A DNA stretch of 64,000 bases from an uncultured bacterium (GCA_905339405.1 CAJPGC010000034.1:3052-67051), one strand, 5' to 3'. Shown: positions 9,069-18,875, counted from the first letter of the stretch. Program-made: numbers and translations. Notes: generated by a model not told the origin, from the letters alone.

Positions 9069-11657
9069 ATGGGACAAACCGGAACACCCAGTAAGAACCA
9101 TCTCATCCTGGCTTTTTTCTTTCTGACCGGCCTTACCGGGCTTGCGTACGAGCTTGTCTGGATAAGGCTCCTCATACTCTCCTTCGGTTCGACCCAGTTC
9201 GCCATAACTACCGTCCTTGCGACCTTCATGGCGGGGCTTGCCCTCGGGAGCGTGCTTTTCGGCCGCTTTGTCGACAGGTACCCGTATCCGCTCAAGGTCT
9301 ACGGTGTAATAGAGATAATACTAGGCATATATTGCATCATCTCGCCTCTCATATTCCATGTCGTAAAAGACCTGTACCTTTACGCCTCTCCAATTACCCC
9401 TGAGACGTCTTTCAGGGCCGATTTCGAGACCACCCAGTTTTTGCTTTCGCTTCTCGTGCTCATCGTGCCCACGACCCTCATGGGAGGCACTCTCCCGGCA
9501 CTGGTGAAGTACCTGGCCAGGTCGGAGAAAATAGGCTTCAACATTGCGCTGCCTTACGCCGTGAACACGCTCGGCGCGGTCACTGGCTGCCTGGCGACCG
9601 GGCTTTTCGCGCTCTACTATTTCGGCGTGAACGCGACAGTGTACCTTGCCGGGGCAGCCGATATCGTCGTCGGCGTACTGATACTGGTCCTCTACAGGGA
9701 CGCGGGGCGCGTGGAGAGCAAAGAGGCAAGCGCTGTTCCATACGTCCCGGTCCCTGCCGCGAAGGCCTCGAAAAGGCGGCTCAACGCTGTCGTCATCGGG
9801 GCCTTTTACTTTTCAGGATTCGCGAGCCTCGCTTACGAGGTCCTCTGGACAAGGGTGCTCTCGCTTGTGCTGGGCTCTTCGGTCTACGCCTTCACGATAA
9901 TGCTGGCGACCTTCCTTGCCGGGATAGGCATCGGCAGCGTGGTATTCGCCCCGTTCGTGGACAGGTGCAAAAGGCCGGTCTTCTGGTTCGCCATGCTCGA
10001 AGCTGTCATCGGACTTTTCGCGCTCGCCTCCATATTTATCTACAGGGAGCTGCCCTTCATATTCTTCAACCTCAAGCAGGCCTTCGGCACCCAGTTCTGG
10101 CTCTTCCTGGCCTTGAAGTTTCTCATCGCCTCTGCGGTCATGATAGTGCCGACGCTCGCCATGGGCGCCATCTTCCCGCTGGTGAGCAGGATATACGCTG
10201 AGGGCACCAGCACCATCGGAAGGAAAGTCGGCGACATATACATGTGGAACACGGCGGGGGCCATACTCGGCTCTTTCGCGGCCGGTTTCTTCCTCATCCC
10301 TTCGACCGGAGCGCAGACCGGGGTCATGCTCATAGCGGGCCTCAACATCGCCCTCAGCATCGTCATACTCTCCATGAGCGTCCTTGAGGCGAGATGGAAG
10401 TACGCGGCTGGCGTCCTACTTGCGGCCGGGTACGCCGTTGTGGCCTTCAGTCTTCCTTCGTGGGAGAAGATGGCGATGACCACCGGGATGTACGTCAACG
10501 ACTACGGCGACAAAGAGGACGCCTCGTTCGAGAACTGGAGGTTCGGCGAGAAGCTCCTTTACTACCATGAAGGGCTGAACGCCATAATAACCGTCCGAGG
10601 CTCGGGGCCCTCCGGCGAGGTCATAACATATGAGGCGAACGGCAAGACCGAAGCGCGGAGCGAAAACGGCAAACCTCCGAAAAGCTGGGCCATACTGGGA
10701 CACCTCCCGGCCATGCTGCACAAGGAAGAACCAAAGGAGGCCCTGGTCATCGGCCTCGGCTCCGGCGTGACGCTCGGTATGATGGGCCACTACCCTTACA
10801 AATCTTTCGACGTCGTGGAGCTCGAGCACGCCGTGGTAGACGCGGCCCGCTTTTTCTCGAAGGCCAACCACAACGTCCTTGACGACCCGAGGGTGCGCCT
10901 CCACGTGACTGACGGCAGGAGCTTCCTGGCGTCGGTCGACAAGAAGTACGACGTCATCGTCTCGGGCGTTTCCGACCCCTGGATATCCGGAGTCTCCAAC
11001 CTCTTCACCTACGATTATTTCACGGAGCTCAAGAGCAAGCTGAACGAAGGCGGCATCGTCGCCCTCTGGTTCTCCAATTACCGCAGCACGCCAGAGGACT
11101 TCAAGATGGGGCTCAATTCCTTTGCCGCCGTCTTCCCGAATACGAGCGTATGGTTCCATTATACGATGTCCCTTGACCTTGTCGTCATAGGCTCGGTTGG
11201 CGAGCACGCCCTCGACCTTGACAGGCTCAACGCCCTGTTCGAGCGGCCCGAGGTGAGATACGAGCTCGAAGCTATAGACCTGAAGTCGCCTTACGACGTT
11301 TTCTCGCTCTATCTTGCCGGGGGCAAGGACCTGCGGGACTTTTTAGGGGAGGCAGGGATAAATACGGACGAACGCCCGATACTCGAGTTCTCTTTGCCCA
11401 AGAGCCTTTACGGGAAGATAAACGGGCCTGAGCGGGTGCGCGAGCTCCTGGCTGCGTCCACCGCCGTCGCTCCGCCTGTCGAGCTTCACGGCCTCGACCC
11501 TTCTGATTTTTACCTCGAGCTCGGCAAAAACTACAACAAGTACGAGTTCAGGCTACCGCAGGCTCTGAAGGCCTTTGAAAAGTCGCTGGAACTGAACCCC
11601 GGCCAGAAGGAAGCCGCCACTTACGCAGGGCAGTTGAGGCGGGAGCTGGGCAGGTAG
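9069..11657 (+). CDS. Fused polytopic membrane domain + spermidine synthase-like (polyamine aminopropyltransferase family) protein with C-terminal TPR-like tail
   Basis: About 12 predicted TM helices in two MFS-like halves, followed by spermidine-synthase fold motifs (VIGLGSGVTLG, DVIVSGVSDPW). The six-frame ORF starts at 8991, but ATG 9069 (MGQTG...) is the more likely start. Confidence 0.75.
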   Translation: MGQTGTPSKNHLILAFFFLTGLTGLAYELVWIRLLILSFGSTQFAITTVLATFMAGLALGSVLFGRFVDRYPYPLKVYGVIEIILGIYCIISPLIFHVVKDLYLYASPITPETSFRADFETTQFLLSLLVLIVPTTLMGGTLPALVKYLARSEKIGFNIALPYAVNTLGAVTGCLATGLFALYYFGVNATVYLAGAADIVVGVLILVLYRDAGRVESKEASAVPYVPVPAAKASKRRLNAVVIGAFYFSGFASLAYEVLWTRVLSLVLGSSVYAFTIMLATFLAGIGIGSVVFAPFVDRCKRPVFWFAMLEAVIGLFALASIFIYRELPFIFFNLKQAFGTQFWLFLALKFLIASAVMIVPTLAMGAIFPLVSRIYAEGTSTIGRKVGDIYMWNTAGAILGSFAAGFFLIPSTGAQTGVMLIAGLNIALSIVILSMSVLEARWKYAAGVLLAAGYAVVAFSLPSWEKMAMTTGMYVNDYGDKEDASFENWRFGEKLLYYHEGLNAIITVRGSGPSGEVITYEANGKTEARSENGKPPKSWAILGHLPAMLHKEEPKEALVIGLGSGVTLGMMGHYPYKSFDVVELEHAVVDAARFFSKANHNVLDDPRVRLHVTDGRSFLASVDKKYDVIVSGVSDPWISGVSNLFTYDYFTELKSKLNEGGIVALWFSNYRSTPEDFKMGLNSFAAVFPNTSVWFHYTMSLDLVVIGSVGEHALDLDRLNALFERPEVRYELEAIDLKSPYDVFSLYLAGGKDLRDFLGEAGINTDERPILEFSLPKSLYGKINGPERVRELLAASTAVAPPVELHGLDPSDFYLELGKNYNKYEFRLPQALKAFEKSLELNPGQKEAATYAGQLRRELGR

Positions 11658-11681
11658 TCCCTCCAAAGGGTATTTTCCACG

Positions 11682-11711
11682 TTGACCTGACTTGGCCTTT
11701 TAAAGTATAAT
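11682..11711 (+). promoter_or_regulatory. Sigma70-like promoter upstream of prfC
   Basis: TTGACC, an 18-nt spacer, then TATAAT. Confidence 0.4.
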
Positions 11712-11764
11712 TTTATCAATCGGAATGGGCCTCCAGGGCCCATTTTTTTATTATCAGGGGAACC

Positions 11765-13348
11765 ATGCATAAGCACCATCAAAAGGAAATAGACAGGCGG
11801 AGGACCTTCGGCATAATAAGCCATCCGGACGCCGGCAAGACGACTCTGACTGAAAAGCTCCTCCTCTACGGAGGCGCAATACAGCTCGCCGGGGCCGTCA
11901 AGGCCAGGAAGGCCGCGCGCCACGCGACCAGCGACTGGATGTCGATAGAAAAGGAGAGGGGCATCTCTGTCACTACCTCGGTCATGAAGTTCAACTACCG
12001 GGACTTCGAGATAAACCTCCTCGATACGCCCGGCCACCAGGACTTCTCTGAAGACACCTACAGGGTATTGACCGCGGTCGACAGCGCCCTCATGGTCATA
12101 GACAGCGCAAAGGGCGTCGAGCCGCAGACCGAAAAGCTCATGGCCGTCTGCCGTATGAGGAACACTCCGGTCATAACCTTCATCAACAAGATGGACAGGG
12201 AGGGCATAAACCCGCTTGACCTCCTCGCCGACATAGAAGACAAACTGCAGATCGAATGCTCGCCCCTTTCCTGGCCAATAGGCTCGGGCAAGGGCTTCAA
12301 GGGCGTCTACAACCTCTACAGGAAGGAACTGCAGCTCTTCACGGCGGGGCAGGAGACGAGGCACAGGGACGGCCTTGTCATAAAAGACCTCTCGGATGCG
12401 AAGCTCGACGAGATCCTGGGCGGCCAGGCAAAGGAGCTCCGCCATGACATAGAGCTCCTCCACGGCGCGGCAAACCCGTTCTCCCTTGAGGACTACCTTA
12501 AAGGCATCCAGACCCCGGTATTTTTCGGGAGCGGCATAAACAACTTCGGCGTAAAAGAGCTTCTCGACGCAGTCGTCGAGCTCGCCCCGCACCCTGGGCC
12601 GAGGCAGGCGGTCGAGAGGGTCGTGTCCCCTTACGAGGCCGCTTTCAGCGGCTTCGCCTTCAAGATACAGGCGAACATGGACCCGGCCCACAGGGACAGG
12701 ATAGCCTTCATACGCATCTGCTCGGGCAGGTTCCACAGGGGCATGAAGGTCATGCACCACAGGATGGGCAAGGAGCTCATACTTTCGAACGCCACGATAT
12801 TCATGGCGCAGGACAGGGCCAACGTGGAAGAGGCCTTCCCCGGCGATATCATCGGCATACACAACCACGGCACGATAAAAATTGGCGACACCTTCACCGA
12901 AAAGGAGCCGCTGAAGTTCACAGGGATACCGAACTTCGCGCCCGAGCACTTCAGGAGGGTCATCCTGCGGAACCCGCTGAAGGCGAAGCAGCTTCAAAAG
13001 GGGCTCGCCCAGCTCACGGAAGAGGGCGCTGTGCAGGTCTTCAGGCCGGTTGCCGGTAACGACTACATACTGGGCGCTGTCGGCGCTCTCCAGTTCGACG
13101 TCACCATCGCGAGGCTCAAGGACGAGTACGGGGTAGACGCCACGTACGAGGCGTTCGAGGCACAGAGGGCCCGCTGGGTGGAGGGAGAAAGGAAGATGCT
13201 CGACGAGTTCGAGAAGAAGAACTCCACGCGCCTTGCCAGGGACATGGAAGGCAACCTCACGTACCTTGCGCCGAGCGAGTGGCAGCTCAACTACATGATG
13301 GAGCAGTGGCCGGATATGGTCTTTCACAGGACGCGCGAACACAACTGA
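11765..13348 (+). CDS. prfC: Peptide chain release factor 3 (translational GTPase)
   Basis: G1 motif [17 protein letters not shown] and the RF3-specific N-terminal [10 protein letters not shown]. 527 aa. Confidence 0.95.
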   Translation: MHKHHQKEIDRRRTFGIISHPDAGKTTLTEKLLLYGGAIQLAGAVKARKAARHATSDWMSIEKERGISVTTSVMKFNYRDFEINLLDTPGHQDFSEDTYRVLTAVDSALMVIDSAKGVEPQTEKLMAVCRMRNTPVITFINKMDREGINPLDLLADIEDKLQIECSPLSWPIGSGKGFKGVYNLYRKELQLFTAGQETRHRDGLVIKDLSDAKLDEILGGQAKELRHDIELLHGAANPFSLEDYLKGIQTPVFFGSGINNFGVKELLDAVVELAPHPGPRQAVERVVSPYEAAFSGFAFKIQANMDPAHRDRIAFIRICSGRFHRGMKVMHHRMGKELILSNATIFMAQDRANVEEAFPGDIIGIHNHGTIKIGDTFTEKEPLKFTGIPNFAPEHFRRVILRNPLKAKQLQKGLAQLTEEGAVQVFRPVAGNDYILGAVGALQFDVTIARLKDEYGVDATYEAFEAQRARWVEGERKMLDEFEKKNSTRLARDMEGNLTYLAPSEWQLNYMMEQWPDMVFHRTREHN

Positions 13349-13500
13349 GCCTTCCTGCTAATGCGGTCATTGCGAGGAGCGAAGCGACGCGGCAATCTAA
13401 GAGGTTGGTTCAGGAAAAAGATGAGATTGCTTCGCTGCGCCCGCAATGACGAATTGGCGCAATGGTTTCATAGGTTTCGACAGGACGAGGGAGCACAACT
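13349..13500. repeat. MITE/REP-like palindromic intergenic repeat (family copy 1, gtcattgcg...cgcaatgac type)
   Basis: Inverted termini gtcattgcgaggagcgaagcgacgcggcaatc ... gattgcttcgctgcgcccgcaatgac. It is related to the copy at 29425-29575. It is flanked by an imperfect direct duplication of the prfC 3' end (caggacgcgcgaacacaactgagc / caggacgagggagcacaactgagc). Confidence 0.55.
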
Positions 13501-13542
13501 GAGCTTTGAAAAATGCTATTTTTCAGTCAGGTTTCATGCTTG

Positions 13543-13578
13543 AAAGCCGCTGGATTTTCCAGCGGCTTTTTTTTATTT
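13543..13578 (+). terminator. Intrinsic terminator
   Basis: aaagccgctggattttccagcggcttt hairpin followed by a T9 run. Confidence 0.7.
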
Positions 13579-13751
13579 CTCCCTTCGGCCATATTCTTTT
13601 TTTCTGGAAAGTAGCCGCTCCAGCTGTTAATATTTAGCGTTCCCATTGATTGTAGGCGTACAAAGGCGTAAAATCATTACGGACCCTGAAAGTTGCTGAA
13701 AACCGACCGCGAATCTTGAAACCTGCCCAAAGGAGGCGCTCGAATAGCTCC

Positions 13752-15389
13752 ATGAAAAAGGAATCCCTTTTCGTAATAGGACACAAGAACCCTGACACCG
13801 ACTCCATCGTATCGGCCATAGGACTCGCGGAGCTCAAGGCAGCCGCAGGCGAGACGAACGTATCTGCCGCGAGGGCAGGGGACCTGAACCCGCAGACCGA
13901 GTTCATACTCAATTACTTCAATATCCCGGCCCCCAAGTACCTGCCGGACGTGAGGCCCAAGTCCAGGGAGATAATGTCGGTCGACGTCGTCACCGTCTCC
14001 GAGCACGCGCCTTTCCACAAGGTCCTGGAGCTCATGAGGGAGCAGGAAGTAAGGTTCATGCCCGTCCTCGACGGCGACGGCAGGCCAAAGGGCGCCGTCA
14101 CGCTCATGGAAGTGGCAAAGAGATACCTTCAGGCCGAAAGCTCCATAGAGGTCACGACCTCTTTGAAGAACATAGTCGAGACCCTCGGCGCTAAGGTCAA
14201 GAACGACCTTCTCGGCGACAGGGAGCAGGCCTTCTCCGTCTATATCGGCGCGATGTCCGAAGAGGCGTTCCTCTATATCCTCGGCGGCAAGGACCCTAAA
14301 AGCTGCGCCGTCATAGTAGGGGACAGGGCGGACATACAGAAGAAGGCCGTTGAGAAGGGCGTGGGCATCCTCATAATATCCGGCGGCTTCGACGTCGAAG
14401 AGAGCATACTGAAGTCCGCTAAGGCGAACGGCGTCAGCATAATAGTCTCGCCGCACGACTCCGCGACTACCTCCATGCTGGTGCGCGTGAGCACGCCGGT
14501 GCGCCTCATATGCGACCCCAAGGTCGAGAGCGTCTCCCCGGACGAGCTGGTCGAGGACATCAAGTTCAAGGCGGCAGGAGTCGCCGGGCTGGTGGTGCTC
14601 GGCAACGACGGCGTCATGCAGGGCGTCATCACCAAGACGGACTTCCTGAAGAGCTCGTCGACCTGCCTCATCCTCGTCGATCACAACGAGCTCTCGCAGG
14701 CCATAGACGGGGCCGAGAAGGTCAACATAGTCGAGGTCGTTGACCACCACAGGATAGGCAACTTCACCTGCCAGAACCCCATACCGTTCATCTGCGAGCC
14801 GGTCGGCTCGACCTCGACCCTCGTGGCCGAGCTCTACAGGAGAAAAGGCGTCGCCATAAAAAAGGAGATAGCCGGAATACTCCTCGGGGGCGTCCTTTCC
14901 GACACAGTCATATTGAAGTCCCCCACGACGACCGACAGGGACAAGGAGATAGTCAAATGGCTGGAGGAGCGCTCCGGCCTTGAGCACGCATCCTTCGGCG
15001 CGGAGATATTCGGCTCCGCCGGTGGCATAAAAAAGAGGGGGCCCGAAGCTGTCGTCGGCAGCGACTACAAGGTCTTCGAGGCAAAGGGCAAGAAGTTCGG
15101 CGTAGGCCAGGTCGAGACAATAGGCTTCGACGAGTTCTTCGACGAGAAGGCGAAGCTCATGGACGAGCTTGCGAAGGTGAAGGCCAAAAAAGAGCTCCAG
15201 CTTTCGGCCCTCCTCGTCACGGACATTGCTCTGGGCACTTCGCTCTTGCTGGCCATCGGGGACAAGGAAGTGATGTTCAGCCTCAATTACCCGAAGGTAA
15301 AGGACGACGTCTTCGAGCTCAAGAACGTCCTTTCGAGGAAAAAGCAGGTCGTCCCGCATATACTTAATGTTTTCAATGAGATATTCTAA
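13752..15389 (+). CDS. ppaC: Manganese-dependent inorganic pyrophosphatase (family II, DHH/DHHA2) with inserted CBS domain pair
   Basis: N-terminus FVIGHKNPDTDSIVSAIG is the DHH motif. CBS-like region in the middle. C-terminus DHNE...VDHHR and the GGVLSDT DHHA2 motif. ATG 13752 (MKKESLF) is chosen over the 13716 ORF start. Confidence 0.85.
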   Translation: MKKESLFVIGHKNPDTDSIVSAIGLAELKAAAGETNVSAARAGDLNPQTEFILNYFNIPAPKYLPDVRPKSREIMSVDVVTVSEHAPFHKVLELMREQEVRFMPVLDGDGRPKGAVTLMEVAKRYLQAESSIEVTTSLKNIVETLGAKVKNDLLGDREQAFSVYIGAMSEEAFLYILGGKDPKSCAVIVGDRADIQKKAVEKGVGILIISGGFDVEESILKSAKANGVSIIVSPHDSATTSMLVRVSTPVRLICDPKVESVSPDELVEDIKFKAAGVAGLVVLGNDGVMQGVITKTDFLKSSSTCLILVDHNELSQAIDGAEKVNIVEVVDHHRIGNFTCQNPIPFICEPVGSTSTLVAELYRRKGVAIKKEIAGILLGGVLSDTVILKSPTTTDRDKEIVKWLEERSGLEHASFGAEIFGSAGGIKKRGPEAVVGSDYKVFEAKGKKFGVGQVETIGFDEFFDEKAKLMDELAKVKAKKELQLSALLVTDIALGTSLLLAIGDKEVMFSLNYPKVKDDVFELKNVLSRKKQVVPHILNVFNEIF

Positions 15390-16305
15390 GGAAATGAGGT
15401 CAGGCATGAAGTTTCTCCCGGCACTCGCGGCCGTTTTTTTTCTTCTCTTCTGGGCTGTCGACGACTCTTACGCAAGGGCCGGCAGAAGCGGCGGCTCATT
15501 TGGGTACAGGGGCTCGAGGACTTATTCAACTCCCGTAAAGCAGGCCCCTGCGCGCCAACAGACAACCCAGCAGCAGAGCGGCGCTACGCAGCAGCAGCCG
15601 ATGGCTCCGCCGAGGGCAGGGGGCCTTTTCGGAGGACTTGCAGGAGGGCTCGCGGGCGGCATACTCGGCGGCCTTCTTTTCAGCTCGCTTGGGCACGCTG
15701 CAATGGGCCCGGGCGGCCCTGGCGGCTTGGGTTTCCTTGACATACTCTTAATTGGCGGCGGCATATTCCTCCTCATACGGTTTTTCAGGAGGAAGAAGCA
15801 GGCTACCGGCGATTTCCTCGGCGGCAGGAAGGCGGCCGGCTTTTCCGCTCCGGCACCTGGCGGCCTCGATGAAGGGCTCGGCGACATCCGCCGCATGGAC
15901 GGCCATTTCGACGAAGAGCATTTCATGACCGAGGCTATAGACATATTCTTCAACGTCCAGTCGGCCTGGGGCACAGGGGACATCGACCAGCTGAGGCCGG
16001 TCATCGCACCCAGGGCCCTCGAGACATTGAGGGGCGAGCTGGAAGAGTTGAAGAAAAAGGGGCTCGTCAACAGGGTCGAGGGGCTTGCGATGAAAGACGC
16101 TGCAATAACCGAGGCCTGGCAGGAGAAGGGCACCGACTACATAACCCTGAAGTTCACCGCGAGCGCCATCGAGTATATGGCGGACGCCAGCGGCAAGGCC
16201 GTCGAGGGGTCCAGGACCGAAGCCGCCGAGTTCACCGAGTACTGGACGTTTGCCCGGGAGATAGGCAAGGACTGGAAGTTGTCGGCCATACAGCAGCCCT
16301 CATAG
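15367..16305 (+). CDS. Tim44-like domain membrane protein with Gly-rich linker
   Basis: Signal/TM at the N-terminus, Gly-rich low-complexity region, then C-terminal Tim44-like domain (HFDEEHFMTEAIDIFFNVQSAW...). The true start may be the downstream ATG (MKFLP, about 15406). Confidence 0.6.
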   Translation: MFSMRYSKEMRSGMKFLPALAAVFFLLFWAVDDSYARAGRSGGSFGYRGSRTYSTPVKQAPARQQTTQQQSGATQQQPMAPPRAGGLFGGLAGGLAGGILGGLLFSSLGHAAMGPGGPGGLGFLDILLIGGGIFLLIRFFRRKKQATGDFLGGRKAAGFSAPAPGGLDEGLGDIRRMDGHFDEEHFMTEAIDIFFNVQSAWGTGDIDQLRPVIAPRALETLRGELEELKKKGLVNRVEGLAMKDAAITEAWQEKGTDYITLKFTASAIEYMADASGKAVEGSRTEAAEFTEYWTFAREIGKDWKLSAIQQPS

Positions 16306-16491
16306 TCTCTGGCCTTTGAACACACATAACGAGCGCATATCCCAGCGGCTCTGCCGCGGGGAGCTTCATAATTGTTTTAAGCATCCTTTTAGGCTCTCGA
16401 AGGGCCCTCGTGTAAATTAATGCCCGTTCTTTCGCCCAAGACTGTTCACCATGTCACATCAGGGCGTTCATCTTCCTGCTATACTCTTTTC

Positions 16492-16794
16492 GTGAACGAA
16501 CTTACCGGCCGCCAGAAAATAATAGAGGCTTTGAAGGGCCAGATGCTTACAGCCCGTGAGATATCCCAGGCCGTCGGCATAAAGGAAAAAGAGGTTCTCG
16601 AGCACCTGCCGCACATCGCCAGGTCTCTAGGCGCGCATGGAACCCAGGGGCCATCTCTTTTGGTGGAGCCGTCGACGTGCCTTGCGTGCGGCTTTGTCTT
16701 CAGGAAAAGGGAGAGGCTCAAGACCCCATCGAAGTGCCCTGTATGCAGGTCCGAGGAGATAACCGAGACAAGGTTCGGGGTCTTTGAACAATGA
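16492..16794 (+). CDS. Transcriptional regulator with HTH domain fused to a C-terminal Zn-ribbon (COG3357-like)
   Basis: HTH region LTAREISQAVGIKEKEVLEHLPHIARSL plus CLACG...CPVCRS Zn ribbon. A likely GTG start at 16492 is chosen over the ORF-track start at 16420. It overlaps the next gene start (ATGA). Confidence 0.55.
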   Translation: MNELTGRQKIIEALKGQMLTAREISQAVGIKEKEVLEHLPHIARSLGAHGTQGPSLLVEPSTCLACGFVFRKRERLKTPSKCPVCRSEEITETRFGVFEQ

Positions 16795-17726
16795 TAAAAC
16801 AACTGGCCTCAGCCATTGCCGCAGCTTCCATACCGCTTTTGCCGCTTTGCGCCCATGCCGCCCCGGAAAGCCAGGAGCTTTCAATATCCATCGGCAAAAG
16901 GTCGGACAACCTCGACTGGAACATAGCGGGCCTCTCTCGGTCAGGGGATTTCGTCAACGTCCTTTCCGAGCTTACATGGTCGGACGTGGAAAGCCAGGAG
17001 ATAAGGGGCAGCGCTAGGGTCTTCATGAACAGGTATTTCCTCAAAGGCGAAGCCGGGGTCGGCTTCATCACCGGAGGAGTGAACCAGGACTCGGATTTCC
17101 TCAATAACAACAGGACATTCGAGTACTCGAGGTCGAACAACTCCTCCGACGACGGCACTGTCTGGGACTTGTCCGGCGGTCTTGGCTACCTTTACGAATT
17201 CAAGGCGCTGGGCGGCAGGTTCGACCTCATTCCCATTGCCGGGCTTTCATACCACAAGCAGAACCTCACCTTGACCGACGGGGTCCAGACCATATCCACG
17301 CCAGGGCTGACCGGGCCGCTTGGTCCTTTCTCCGGTCTTCACAGCACCTACGAGGCCCGCTGGGCAGGGCCCTGGGCAGGGGCCGATTTTTCTTATCAGA
17401 GGGGAAAACTCAAGGTTTACGGGAGCTTCGAGTACCATCTTGCCTATTATTTGGCACAGGCCAACTGGAACCTCAGGGGGGATTTCGCCCACCCGGTGAG
17501 CTTCGAGCACTGGGCTACCGGAAAGGGGATTGTCTTTTCAGCCGGCACGGAGTATAATATCGCCCGTAACTGGTCTTTTGCCGCTGGCTTCGAGGCAAGC
17601 GACTTTCAGGCAACTGACGGGACGGACAGGACCTATTTCTCCGGAGGCGGGGCCGCAGACACGCCCCTTAACGAGGTCAACTGGGATTCGCTGTCAGGCT
17701 TTTTCGGCTTCAATTACAGGTACTGA
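16791..17726 (+). CDS. Outer-membrane beta-barrel protein (omptin/OMP-like fold) with signal peptide
   Basis: Signal peptide ...PLCAHAAPE. Alternating amphipathic beta-strand pattern. C-terminal aromatic ...FGFNYRY, an OMP signature. The next gene starts 3 nt after its stop. Confidence 0.5.
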   Translation: MIKQLASAIAAASIPLLPLCAHAAPESQELSISIGKRSDNLDWNIAGLSRSGDFVNVLSELTWSDVESQEIRGSARVFMNRYFLKGEAGVGFITGGVNQDSDFLNNNRTFEYSRSNNSSDDGTVWDLSGGLGYLYEFKALGGRFDLIPIAGLSYHKQNLTLTDGVQTISTPGLTGPLGPFSGLHSTYEARWAGPWAGADFSYQRGKLKVYGSFEYHLAYYLAQANWNLRGDFAHPVSFEHWATGKGIVFSAGTEYNIARNWSFAAGFEASDFQATDGTDRTYFSGGGAADTPLNEVNWDSLSGFFGFNYRY

Positions 17727-17728
17727 AG

Positions 17729-18127
17729 ATGGACCGAAACCTCTCCGGCTTTGCCGTCTTCCTTTTGCTCTTCGCGTATTCCACGATTACATTCGCAGAG
17801 CCGCTTCCGTCCTCGCTTGACCCGGGGAGCGCCGAGTGCGTCTCATGCCACCAGGACTCGATAACAGTAAACGAGCCGTTCGAGGTATGCCACCAGGGCG
17901 GCTGCGACCATCCTGTCGGGGTAAGCTATCAGTCGTTTTCTTCGCGGAACAGGGGGCTCGTCCCTGCCGATAAGCTCGACCCGGCCATAACTCTCGTGGA
18001 CGGCAAGATGGGCTGCCTTGCCTGCCATACGCCCTATGACGCGGCCGCCCACGAGACGGCCGGAAATTCCATGCTCTCGGTCGACAACAAAGGCAGCGCG
18101 CTTTGCGCGGCCTGCCACAGGAAATAG
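17729..18127 (+). CDS. Periplasmic triheme c-type cytochrome (paralog 1)
   Basis: Signal peptide. Three CxxCH motifs (CVSCH, CLACH, CAACH) plus a conserved C-x4-CDHP motif. Confidence 0.75.
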   Translation: MDRNLSGFAVFLLLFAYSTITFAEPLPSSLDPGSAECVSCHQDSITVNEPFEVCHQGGCDHPVGVSYQSFSSRNRGLVPADKLDPAITLVDGKMGCLACHTPYDAAAHETAGNSMLSVDNKGSALCAACHRK

Positions 18128-18251
18128 CCGCTCAAGTTTTTGACCGCACGGCCGAAGTAATCCTCAGGAACATCCCCGCTCCATGAGAGAGCCTTCACGT
18201 GGGTTCGCCTTCTAACCGTCTGCAAGCAGACCACCATTCGCGAGTGTACTC

Positions 18252-18668
18252 ATGAATTACGCTTTTGCAGCCCTTTTGTTCTCCATCCTCACACTGTTCG
18301 GCCTCTCCGGCACCTCCGGCGCGATGGACAAGGAATCTCTCGAATGCCTCGGCTGCCATGACGCTGCCGTGGCAACCGACGTGACCTTTCAGGTCTGCTC
18401 GGAGCCGGACTGCGACCACCCGTTCGGGATAGACTATCTTACCCTTGCGCTGTCGAACAAGGGCCTCAAAAACCCGTCGTTGCTGCCCCAGCCGATAAAG
18501 CTCGTCAACAACTCGACGATAGGCTGCGGCACGTGCCACGTACCCTTCAAGAAGAACGACCACTCCATACTCTCCAGCATGAGGAACCTTTACCCCGAGA
18601 TACCCGACCCGATGCTCGTCATGGACAACAGGCAGAGCCAGCTTTGCTTCGGCTGCCATTCAAAATAA
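18252..18668 (+). CDS. Periplasmic triheme c-type cytochrome (paralog 2)
   Basis: Signal peptide. CLGCH, CGTCH, CFGCH and the same C-x4-CDHP motif. It is collinear with paralog 1. Confidence 0.75.
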   Translation: MNYAFAALLFSILTLFGLSGTSGAMDKESLECLGCHDAAVATDVTFQVCSEPDCDHPFGIDYLTLALSNKGLKNPSLLPQPIKLVNNSTIGCGTCHVPFKKNDHSILSSMRNLYPEIPDPMLVMDNRQSQLCFGCHSK

Positions 18669-18675
18669 TTGAAAA

Positions 18676-18800
18676 TCGCTATTTTCCCTGATCTCTTCGT
18701 CAGGATGAAAATAAAAATGCTCTCATATTGACATATATGTTCCGCTTTTTATTTTCACCCTTCCTTGACCTCAGAAAAAAATAGCTGATTTTCAGGGTAC
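18676..18800. repeat. Intergenic element of about 125 bp, copy 1 (duplicated at 20376-20500)
   Basis: tttccctgatctcttcgtcagg...aaataaaaatgctc.catattg.c.atatatg...cgctttttatttt..cccttcct.gacctcagaaaaaa. About 85 percent identity to copy 2 by eye. It contains a cctga/tcagg hairpin and a TTGACA box. Confidence 0.55.
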
Positions 18801-18846
18801 CCATCAGTAGAAAAATAAGGAGGCGTGCCAGCCGGGAATAAATCCC

Positions 18847-18875
18847 TTGACACCCCGGCTAAGTTGTATTATAAA
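18847..18875 (+). promoter_or_regulatory. Sigma70-like promoter driving the SAM riboswitch leader
   Basis: TTGACA (18847-18852), a 17-nt spacer, then TATAAA (18870-18875). The riboswitch starts about 20 nt downstream. Confidence 0.55.

Noticed and set aside
11724-11752. Hairpin plus T-run (aatgggcctccagggcccattttttt) located between a sigma70-like promoter and the prfC start. It could be an attenuator.
   Set aside because: It is equally consistent with being the terminator of the upstream gene, with the promoter prediction being weak. There is no leader-peptide or riboswitch-like conservation visible.
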